Shown: piece after piece, positions 53,499 to 64,000 of the stretch | Numbering within the stretch: position 1 is the first letter of the stretch | Layout: the number at the start of each line of letters is the position of its first letter | Source of the DNA: Eledone cirrhosa | Taxonomy: Eukaryota | Assembly: GCA_964016885.1 (NCBI GenBank) | Contig: OZ024741.1 | Location: 137,578,001 to 137,642,000 of the forward strand | Length of the DNA: 64,000 bases | Direction of reading: 5' to 3' | The notes under the pieces: model-generated | What the model saw: only the letters and a program-made list of their open reading frames with translations | What the model was told of the DNA's origin: nothing | The model's database searches: none | Program-made: the position numbers and the translations under genes

Positions 53499-55511
53499 GA
53501 TTTCATTTATTAGCCACAAGGTCCGACATGTAGGGGACAATACAAAGACAGGGACAGTGGGTTTACAATAAATCGAGTAAAAGTGCACAATGGCAAGACT
53601 AATTTAACAATGAAGATATACAAAATACAAAATAAACTATGCATAAATATAACAAAATAAATTCCCCGATAGGGGTGGACGACCCTGGGGTGACTCAGGT
53701 ACCCCACCAATCGTGAACCACCCCGCGCTTCTAGGGCACCCAGGAAGAGCACCTCTCTCCTCAAGTTAGCTATCCTATAGGCGCATGGTCAGAGTAGGCC
53801 CATTCACACGAGCCATTCTCGCCACATTCATCCACCTTTTAGCAAATGTACTGGGGGGGGGGGGGGGGGGAGCACTTCTCTCTCCACCCTTACCTTCCTT
53901 TCCAGGTGAAACTTGAAAAAGTTGATGAGGGATTGGCCGAAGAGAAAAGTGTCTGTCTTCAGTCCTTTTAATCTGGTCCACCATATAACCTCCTTCGCAA
54001 CTGCCACCAGAGAGAGGAACATTTCCTGCTCTTCCTGACCTAAGGAAGGCGGCGGGTCGATCTTCACTATGGACTCGGCCGATAGCCGGATTTGTTCCAC
54101 ACGCGACAGTAGCTGTTCGACATAACTCCACAAGTCAGTAATGCATGGACATTGGACAAGTCCGTGCAGAACGGTTCCGTCGTTCTGTGCGCACCTTGGG
54201 CAGGTCCGTCTGACAGCACTTCCATGCCTGTAGACTTTATCCCGAACCGGCACTGCCAAGCGAGGGATTTCTGGAAATTGTCCATCGTCCCCGGCTCGAA
54301 AGTCCTCCGGTACAGACTGGTCAGTTCGACTTCGTCGAAGCCCAAAGGATCTCCGAGTGCGTCATCGCACTTTCCCACCACTAATCCTCTATAGAACTCG
54401 AGAGTGGAAGTTCCACTGATCGCATTGCCCGCTTGGTAGAGGGCAGTGAGTGCCTGGAAACATTCCAGGTGCCAGTCACCCAGTCTTGGTCTCTTCTTGA
54501 CCCAGGACTGCAGCTCAGTCAAAGAAACGAGCTGCGGAAAGGCCCGTCTGATAAACGGCGACCATATCTGTTCACTGTTTAGGCAGAATATCTGGAGATG
54601 TCGCAGCCTCAACGCATGTCTGCGCATCATTAGCCTTGGTATGCCCAGCCCTCCGCGTAGAGGGTGCTGGTAGCAGATGGACCGCCTCGCCAACGGAACT
54701 TGTCCCCTCCACAAGAATTTGAAGAGGAGCCGTTCCAACTTGACGAGGCGCAGATGAGGGCAAGGCACGACGGTCAGGCGGTAGTAGATGACGGATGCGA
54801 TGTACGCATTCGCCACCTCCGCGAGACCTTTCAGTGATAGCTTGATCCCAGCCCATTTTTGGGTGAGACTGGCTACTCTGCTCGTTACCTCGTCCCAATT
54901 CTTTTCCACCTGGAGGTCTGGTCCGAACCAAACCCCGAGCAACTTTACGGGTTCGTCCGTCCAGCGCCCCCCCCCAAGACGCTGTTGGACGGCATAGGCT
55001 TGCCTCTCCAGGTTCCGAGCTACAAGCCCACCGACTTTTCCGGGTTAAGTTTGGCTCCTGTCAACCTTTCATACTCCTTCAATAGGGTGCTGAGCACCTC
55101 GATTTCTGAGGTGTCAGACACCATCACGGTGATGTCGTCCGCATAAGCCGACACCGCCTTTCCACGTCCCGGTTCAAGCGGGATGCCATGTAACAGCCCC
55201 AGCTTCCGCAGTAAAGGCTCGACAGTCAATACGTACAGAAGGGAAGAGAGAGGGCATCCTTGACGGACCGGTCGGGAGAGCCGAAATGGTTCCAAGAGGT
55301 GGCCATTAACCTTGACCCCCGAGCGTGTGCCGCTGTGCATTGCAGCGATCCAGCTTCTGAAGGCAGGGCCGAAGCCAGCTGCTTTGAGGACAAACTCTAG
55401 ATACAGGTGGTCGACCCTATCGAATGCTTTCGATTGATCTAAATTGATCAGTGCCCCACCGAAGCCAGGTTTTGTGATGTATCGCATGATGTATCGCATG
55501 AGGTGGAGATT
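53499..55511 (-). pseudogene. Second Tx1-like family, 5'-truncated, (ATT)n tail
   Basis: Frameshifted pieces with DQSKAFD, QGCPLS, AYADD, LGVWFGP and CPRC..H..C. 3' end CCTTGTGGCTAATAAATGAAATC followed by (ATT)n. Confidence 0.9.
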
Positions 55512-57437
55512 TTCAAAATATCTCCCGTTATCTGGAGGTTCCTCTATTCAGTATGAAGACATGGAAAACGACACTCCTTTTGAATAGTGAAAAAAATCAC
55601 TGGAAGCTGGAGAAGTTAATATTAATTGTGGAATTTTTCAGGGTGACTCTTTATCACCGCTTTTATTCTGCATCGCACTTATACCATTAAGTAAAATGCT
55701 CAATGAAACAAAACATGGATATAAAGTCTATGACAAAACCATTAATAACTTGTTCTACATGGATGACCTGAAACTATTTGCAAAAAATGATGAACAATTG
55801 CAAGGGCTATTATCCACTGTGGAGCAGTTCAGTGATGACATTAAAATGGAGTTTGGACTAGATAAATGCACCAAAGCAACGTTCACCAGAGGAAAGCTGC
55901 TGAAAAGTTCAGACATTAATCTTGATCAGGGGAATTTGATAAGAGAACTTGATCCAGAGGAAACTTACAAATATCTAGGTGTTTGTGTAGGAGACGGAAT
56001 CAAACACTCGACAATGAGGGAAAGGATAATGAAGGAATGTTACCGCAGAGTAAGAGCAATCTTAAGAACAGAATTGAATGCAAGGAATAGGATCGATGCC
56101 ATAAACACGCTTGCCATACCAGTAGTAACCTACAGTTACAATGTCATCAACTGGTTAAGCACAGAGATCCGTAGGCTCGATACAAAAATTCGAAAATTCT
56201 TAACCATGCACCCGAAAGCAGATACAGATAAAATATATCTCCCTAGGAAAGAAGGAGGACGTGGGTTAATCCAGTTAGAGATTGCGTTGATAACTGCAAC
56301 AATTGGATTATCTACATATCTAAGGGAATCACATGATTGGATGATCCAACTCGTTTTGAACACGAAAGCATCAAAAGATCATACTCCATTACAAAAGATG
56401 CACAAAGATACAGTAATGGACTACAAATCTCAGAAGTTCCATTTACTGCTGAAATGAAAAACATAGAAAAAGCAAAGCAGGTAAAAGTAACTGCAAAGAA
56501 AGAACTGCTACAGAAACTGGCTAAGAAATGGCAAGAAAAGCCTCTGTATGGAAAATACCCAGAGCGAGCTAACAATCCTGATGTTGACAAAACTTTAACC
56601 CATCAGTGGTTGACATCCTCTGGACTGAAATCGGAGAGTGAAGGACTGATTATATCAGCACAAGATCAGTGTCTGCCAACAAAAGATTATCAAGCCAGCA
56701 TAATAAAAAATGGATGCAACCCATTATGCCATGTATGTATAAAACAACCAGAGACCATTGATCATATAATTTCAATGTGCATTCCTATAGCTCCAACCGA
56801 ATACCTAAATAGGCATGACAGAGCTACACAATACAAATATTGGATAATGTGTAAGCATTTTGACCGGCTCCATCAAAAAAATTGGTGGTAGCATCAACCA
56901 CCTCCCATACTTGAAAAAGATCACATCTCAATCTTGTGGAACTTTAGCATCCAAACAGACCGAAAAATAGATGCAAATAGACCTGATATAATTCCGAAGG
57001 ACTTTGAAAAGAGGGTATGCCTGCTAATTGATATGTCCGTTCCAATAGACAAGAATATATCTATAAAAACATTTGAAAAATTGAGCAAGTATAGACCAGG
57101 AGATAGAAATTGGAAAAATGTGTAAATTGAGAACTAAAACAATACCAGTGGTTGTAGGCGCTCTAGGAATGATACCTAAGGGGTCTAATGATTACTTATC
57201 GCAAATCCCAGGAAACGTGCGTATAGATGAAATACAAAAGATAGTACTAGTGAGAACTGCCCATATACTAAGGAAGATTCTGTCAATATAAGTACATCAC
57301 AAGTCTAAACACCTAAAGATGCATGTGTGTGTATGTATGTTCTTTCTTGAACATGGCGGACCTTGTTGTCTCTTGAGGTCACTGGTTGTGACTTGGTGAT
57401 AACTCGTATGAACATGAAGCAAGATAAATGCAACTGT
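55506..57437 (+). pseudogene. R4/Dong-like family B copy 2 (5'-truncated, disrupted)
   Basis: Highly similar to 48790-50736. ORF pieces 55696-56457, 56337-56891 and 56934-57125. Confidence 0.92.
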
Positions 57438-57467
57438 TAGATTACAAATAATAATAATTATTAATAA

Positions 57468-59253
57468 TAGCTTACAAAAAGGCATTCGACATGGTACCTC
57501 ATTCTTGGATAACCAAAAGCCTAGAGATCTTCAAGGTGGCAGATAACATCAGACAGTTGTTGAGCAAAAGTATGAAGTCCTGGGAAACAGAATTAACATC
57601 AGCTGGGGAATCCTTGGGAGGCGTGAAGATCAAGAGAGGTATCTTCCAGGGAGATAGTGTGTCCCCTCTGTTGTTTGTCCTTGCCCTGATACCCCTGCCA
57701 ATATACTGCGAAAAGTGAGAGCAGGATACAAGTTGGGAAAAGGAGAGCTTACCATCAACCACCTCCTCTTCATGGACGATCTTAAACTCTTTGGGAAGAA
57801 TGAGAAGGAGTTAGATGTACTTGTTGACACTGTTCGTATTTTCAGCAATGATATATGTATGGAATTTAGTATTAATAAGTGTGGAGTCCTAGTGATTAAG
57901 AGGGGGAAATTGAGCAGAAGCAACAGAATCCATGTACCAACAGGTGAGATGATAAAGGAAATTGACACTGAAGAAGAATACAAGTATTTAGGTGTTCTGG
58001 AGGCAGATGACATCAAGAACAAAAAACTGAAGGAATCGATAAGATCTGAGTACATTAGGAGAGTAAGGAGCGTATTAAAATCACATCTAAATAGTAGGAA
58101 TGTCATAAGGGCAGTGAATTCCCGAGCTGCTTCTATTATTAGTTACAGTGCGGGAATTCTGAAATGGAATGTTGCACAAAAAGAAATGGATAGGAAGACT
58201 AGGAAGCTAATGACTATCTACAACATGTCCCACAAGAGGAGTGATGTCGATAGACTCTACTTAAAGAGATCTGAAGGTGGAAGAGGTCTTATCAGCATAG
58301 AAGACTGTGTTCAGATGGAGAAAAACAACCTGCACAAATACGTGACTGACAGTAGGGAGCCAATGCTCAGAATTGTGCTGAAGGAGAGGACAATAGACCA
58401 GGGGATGTTCCAGGTGGAAATAACAAGGAGGAAGACGCAGCTTCATGAAAAATCCCTTCACAGTCCTTCTTTAAGAAAACTGAATTTAGAGATCCACAGA
58501 CATGGAACTTGTTAAAAAGAGGAGACCTTAAAAAGCTACAGAAGGAATGCTGCGCAAGAGCAGGGCCTCAGAACGAAGTGGGTGAAACACCATATTTACA
58601 AGGAGGAGGCTAGCCCACTGTGTAGGATCTGTGGAGAGAGAGAGGAGTCTGTGGCTCACATTGTGTCCGAGTGTAAACACCTAGCCCAGACTCACTATAA
58701 AGGCTGGAGACATGATGTTATGGGCAGGGTGATCCACTGGCACCTATACAAAGTAAACAATTTACCACATTCTGAGAAGTGGTATGAGCATAAGCCAGAG
58801 TGGGTGATAGAAAACGATCAGGTGAAGGTGCTGTGGGATTTTAGGATACAGACGGACAAGAAACTGGAACGCAATAGGCCTGACCTGGTGGGTTTGGACA
58901 AGGGAAAATGATCGTGCCTGATTGTGGATGTAGCCTGCCCATTTGACACGAGAGTGCCAGAGAAGGAGAGGGAGAAAATTAACCGATACCAGGACTTAAA
59001 GTGTGAGTTAAAAAGGATTTGGAACTGCCATGAATTCAGAGTCGTCCCGATTGTCATAGGCGCACTAGAATTTCCAAGGATGGTTAAAGAAAATTAGTCC
59101 AGCCCGCATTTTGGAACACTTCAAAAGGCATGCTTGCTGGGAACAGCAAGAACCCTCCGATACGTCCTGAGGCTGCAGGTAGCGGCTTGACATTCATTCC
59201 AACAAACCTTTCAGTTAAATAACATCAATGACTGAGACTCAAACAACAACAAC

Positions 59254-59312
<59 letters not shown>
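57468..59312 (+). pseudogene. R4/Dong-like family A copy 3 (5'-truncated, disrupted) with (AAC/AAT)n tail
   Basis: ORF pieces 57491-57718, 57715-58515 and 58582-58911. Tail at 59242-59312. Confidence 0.92.
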
Positions 59313-59313
<1 letters not shown>

Positions 59314-59474
59314 TGTTTCTACTTTTGGCTCAAGGCTCGCAATTAACCAGTGCATTACTGGTACTTTATGTTATCGACCCCGTAAGGATGAAAGGCAAAG
59401 TTAACCTCGGCGGGATTTGTACTCAGAATAGCAAGGGCCGTAACACTATGCCTCAAAGCATGGCGTCCGACCCT
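59310..59474 (-). mobile_element. SINE sharing the (AAT)n tract with family A copy 3
   Basis: Reverse complement of the SINE, slightly 5'-truncated. Confidence 0.85.
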
Positions 59475-59478
59475 AATA

Positions 59479-59814
59479 GTGGCACCTCAAGGCCGTTACA
59501 ATACCAGTGATTGTTGATGACGGGAATGATCAAGAAAGGAACAGAACAATATTTGCGAATGATTCCTGGTTTACCCTCTCTGCACGAGGTGAAAAAAATT
59601 GTTGTGACTGGTACTGCACACGTATTGAGAAGAGCACTATCTCTGTAACATTGATATCCCACCTTGTATTTACATATGCATATGAAAAATACTGTTTATT
59701 TATTTATTTTTTTAAAAATTATAATCAATGCGCTGTATTAACTGGCTTACCAATGCACACTGTGAATTTATTTGCCCCAGGTGTCAGGAAGACACTCGGC
59801 ATATATCTCAGAAA
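59479..59814 (+). pseudogene. 3' fragment of a third R4/Dong-like family (C)
   Basis: WHLKAVTIPVIV..GMIKKGTEQYLRMIPGLPSLHEVKKIVVTGTAHVLRRALSL* (stop 59646-59648) parallels the family B C terminus. The 3'UTR is different. Confidence 0.8.
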
Positions 59815-59815
59815 C

Positions 59816-60010
59816 AATAATTGTTTCTACGTTTGGCACAAGGCCAGCAATTATTCCAGTGCATTACTGGTACTTTATTTTATCGACCCCGTAAGGATGA
59901 AAGGCAAAGTTAACCTCGGCGGGATTTGAACTCAGACCATAAAGGGCCGTAACTCTTTGCTGCAAAGCATGGCGTCCGACCCTCTACCGATACTGCCAAT
60001 CCACCGCCTT
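59816..60010 (-). mobile_element. Full-length tRNA-derived SINE flanked by (AAT)n
   Basis: Minus strand AAGGCGGTGGATTGGCAGTATCGGTAG..GAGTTCAAATCCCGCC..GTAGAAACAATTATT. Confidence 0.88.
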
Positions 60011-60034
60011 TAATAATAATAATAATAATGTTTA

Positions 60035-60312
60035 ATAATGATATAAGGACGATTTGTTATGCCTTCATTATGTTTATTGATTGGTGACGCGCGTTTCATT
60101 ATTGATCAGCTCCAGTTTCGATCCATGTCAATCTGGCCCGACTCTGGAATCAAAAGCTCGTCGGACCTTACAACAGCAGAGCTCCGACGAACTTTCGATG
60201 CCAGAGTCGAGCCAGATCGATACAGATCGAACCTTGAGCTGATCAATAGCGAAACACGCGTCACCAATCAATAAACGTAATGAAGGCATGACAAATCGTT
60301 CTTGTGTTATTA
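60035..60312. mobile_element. Fold-back or MITE-like palindromic element
   Basis: Arms of ~130 bp (60035-60167 and 60181-60312) with about 20 mismatches and a short spacer. Confidence 0.7.
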
Positions 60313-60411
60313 TATTTACACTCAGTTTAGCTCTACACCTCGCTACAGACGTGAACCTAAATACCGAATGCTCACCTCGGTGAACCTACAGTAATTTCAC
60401 GTTACACTCGC

Positions 60412-60466
<55 letters not shown>

Positions 60467-60656
60467 GTAATTTAGCTTGGAACATTGCTGTACACACATA
60501 TGTATTTGAATTTCGTATTTCTAAAGAAATACGGTATGTTTATAAATAAACATTTAGAAAGCCATAGCTGTGAAAAACACTGGCTGCTACCGCCACCCAG
60601 CGGTGTCCTGCTCTTGCAACTGCAAGACTTTGTATGCAGCTATGTTCGAAGCTAAA

Positions 60657-60712
<56 letters not shown>

Positions 60713-60716
<4 letters not shown>

Positions 60717-60925
60717 AAGGTAGGCTGAAAAGTTCATAGGCTGACTAAAAAAAGGGGATGCTAGAGATGTGAAATCTTGCAGGCATTAATTTCAACTTTT
60801 ATGAATAACAGTATTGTTACTTTCCAGGGATTACGTTGAAAAATAAGCCTCATATACATATATATATATATATTAGATATATATATGCATATACGAGAGT
60901 CGGCCGAAAAGTTCATAGGCTTACC
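60713..60925 (+). mobile_element. Two Tc1/mariner-like TIR remnants
   Basis: TA-CAAAGGTAGGCTGAAAAGTTCATAGGCT (60713) and TA-CGAGAGTCGGCCGAAAAGTTCATAGGCT (60892) resemble TACGAGGG..GAAAAGT mariner ends at TA sites. Confidence 0.45.
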
Positions 60926-62595
60926 TCTGTGATTTCGGAAAGTTCTGTAAGTAAAAAGATCTATCAATTGAAATTGAGAAAATGTGGCATCTTAAGGCCA
61001 CATATATATGTTATGTCAGGATTCTGACTTCCTAATGGTGTCATTGAATCACTGTTGTTATTTCAACCGGGTAGAGTTCAACCCTTTCCCTTTGCAAACG
61101 TAACCCATTTTTTTCAGTTAAAACAGAGAGATAGAGAGAGAGAGAATGCACAGTGGGGAGGTAAGTAAGAAAAGAAAGCGAGAATTTATCTTAGGTTAAA
61201 GACCTCGGATGCATAAAATGCAAAGTTGGCCTTGGCGGGATTTGAACATAACAAAGAGTTGAACCGAATGCCACAAAATATTCTGACGTTCTAACGACCC
61301 AGCCAATTTGCCATCTATAAACGATGGTAAATATTCAATACACTGAAAAAGCTGAATGCTTTATTTCTTTAGGCAAAGAGCATTCTATTCAGAATCTCTC
61401 TTTCATGGTTCCGTTGCTTAACTGTTGCTATGAGTTTATTTCCTACAGATACTTTAACACACACACACACATATGTATATATATATTTAATTTGTTCAAT
61501 CTAAAGAAATTACACACACACACACACATATATATGTATATAATTTCTTTAGATTAAACAAATTATTATCATATATGCCACTTTAGACACATTCAACATT
61601 TATATAAAATGAAATAGTTTTCCTTTTTTTATAGACTGACCTACCAGCTAGTCATTTCCAACGGGTGACTGACTATTTTCTATTGTGTTCAAACAATTTG
61701 GAAAAATATATTAAATAACCTTTATTTTGTTTGAGATTTATTCATTTCATAAATGACGTTGAACGTAACTAGTAATACACTTGGTAGATATAACAAAAAT
61801 ATATATCTTTACAATGCATTTAATAGCCTATATACTCTTCACGTAAAGCTGTTTGTTTAATTTATATTTTTCATTTTGAAATTTCGTTAAAAAACAAAGA
61901 ACAAAAAAAAAAACCTTTTATCTTATAGAAAGTGTGAAACATATATTGTCATATACATTATCTAAATGCACCCATGGATGCACACACCCTTGTTTATATA
62001 TATTTTTATCAGCCGAAAATTATAGGCATGACGCAAACAGTTGTGATGAAAATTTATTACCAATATTCCATAAAAAAAACATCAATAGACATTTTACAAG
62101 TCATTGTCCTTTCTACATTTGCCACCTGTTTTTGTGGAAAGAGGTTCTGATATTTTCCTCAGTACCAGTTCATCTCTTTGAACTAAAAGAATTAATCGTT
62201 GCCATACTAACATGCCAATTAATGGTGCTGAACAACTCTTGTTGAAGATAAAAAGCTCTAAGCTTTTGTGCTATGTCACAATCAGTGACTTCCGAATTGT
62301 AACTGGTTTAACGCTATTGAACAAAGCAAAGCTTCGTTGCCATTGTTTTGATGCTATAATGGTGCATTGCCGTTAGGTTATTTAAGTGAATTTAATCTGC
62401 GCTGTTTTTACAGATGTTATTATAGTTCTTCTCTCCATAGACACATAATCTAGTGTAACCAAAGTCTATCTTTGACATGAAAACCTTTGAAGAACAAACT
62501 ATTCGAAATAAATGACACTATATATATTTAAGTAGAAGAGAGCTATGTACATTTATAGACTGTAGCGAGACTGAGAAATAAAAATACATAAAGAA

Positions 62596-62628
<33 letters not shown>

Positions 62629-63348
62629 ATGAGAGAGAGAATGAGAGAGAGAGAGAAAGGGGGGTAATAAGTATCTTTCAGATGCCCATTTATTGAAAGT
62701 ATCATTTAAATTCATTAACCGTCCTATTAAATGTATGAAATAAAATCTGTTAAAAAAGAAAGAATTGAAGTCCATAATTTTAGTAGTTTTTTTTTTAAAC
62801 ATGAATATTTGAGATTTTAGCATGAAATTCTTTAAAAATAACTTTAAAATAACTTTAGCATGAAATTCTTTAAAAATAACTTTAAAAACCCCCGAAAATT
62901 AAATGCGCTCTCTTGTGTAAAAATAGGAACCTCTACGGAGATATGGCAGTGGTTCTCTACGGAGATATGGCAGGTTTACTAGTGAGTTTGTGATGTTTTT
63001 TAGCCTACAAAGTTCTTTTCATATGAAGAAACATATTGCAAGGAAATACCTCTGTCCCCTATATACACTGAACTACTAACCAATAAACTAGACAAAGCAG
63101 CCAAACTTTCCTCGAATCCCACAACATTGCCTTAAAGGATAAAGGGCCCATTTGACAATAATGTTTTATATACAATGCGTATGAACAGCTGGGGAGTTTT
63201 TGATTCATTGGTTTGCATTGGTAGAGATTAAGTGAAGCTAAAGAACAGAAGCAAGAAATGCTTTCCATCCATCCAATAAACTGGAACTTACTCAAAATTA
63301 AATGAAAAACTCCATTTATAAATCTTATGTATATATATATATATATAT

Positions 63349-64000
63349 GTTGAGCATCGTTGGGAAGGTATTTGCCTGCGTGGTTCTGAACAGACTACAG
63401 AAAATAGCTGAGAGGATATACCGCGAATCTCAGTCTGGTTTTAGGTCAGAACGCTCCAACATCGACATCATCTCCCTTCGACAGCTACAGGAGAGTGCCG
63501 AGAACAAATGCAACTACTCTACACCACCTTCATTAACCTCACGAAGGCATTCGATCTAGTTAGTAGAGCCGGCCTTTTCAAAATCCTTGCAAAGACTTGT
63601 TCTTCTTTAAGACATCTCAAGTGAGTCCAAGCGGTATGAAAGGTGTCATTCAATTTGATGGTTCTTCTTCGGAGGCGTTTAACATATGCAGCGATGTGAA
63701 GCAGGACTGTGTGCTTTCCCCAACACAGTCTGACACCTTTTTCGCAGAGATGCTGAAGCACGCATTTGGAACGCCAACTGATGGTGTTTACCTTCACACC
63801 AGATCAAACGGGAAGCTGTTTAGTTTGTCAAGGCTGAAAGCAAAATCCAAGGTTCGCCAGGTACTCATGAGAGAAATGCTGTTTGTGGATGATGCAGCAC
63901 TGGCAGCGTTCTCTGAGGAGCAAATGAAGCACTTTATGGACAAACACGCGAGGGCCCGCAGGAATTCGGCCTGACCATACGTCAGAAGAAAACCAACATA
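63349..64000 (+). pseudogene. RTE (BovB-like) LINE reverse transcriptase fragment, running off the window end
   Basis: LSIVGKVFA..LNRL..ESQSGFR..LRQLQE..LTKAFDLVSR..VKQDCVLSPT..MLFVDDAAL, with frameshifts. Begins at (TA)n. Confidence 0.85.

Noticed and set aside
59900-60010. tRNA gene
   Set aside because: The A/B-box-like head continues into the SINE core and no complete cloverleaf forms. It is a SINE head.

Overview
Repeat-saturated, AT-rich animal genomic DNA with no recognisable host exon. The tRNA-derived SINEs and microsatellite spectrum suggest a cephalopod (octopus-like) genome, but that is inference only. Most short ORFs in the track are translated microsatellites. Two systems stand out. 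(1) A set of hammerhead ribozyme (HHR) and Penelope-like element (PLE) sequences sits in (TA)n tracts. It includes a 310-bp tandem array (26251-29140) folded into a ~2.6-kb palindrome, with 9 apparently complete type I HHRs. A second family with a 544-bp unit (30621-31920, 34790-35676) carries an unusual HHR with a long stem II. Short HHR-bearing fragments and three GIY-YIG PLE remnants also occur. Together these look like non-LTR retrozymes or PLE pseudo-LTR arrays. (2) A ~23.7-kb array (36277-60029) of non-LTR retrotransposons sits in (AAT)n microsatellite. Three R4/Dong-like RLE families lie on the + strand, one with an intact 1060-aa ORF. Two Tx1-like APE families and most of the array's SINEs lie on the - strand. 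The window also holds CRE-like and RTE LINE fragments, MITEs, fold-back duplications and a 43-bp minisatellite. Coordinates were read by eye and are accurate to a few bases. No database searches or folding programs were run.
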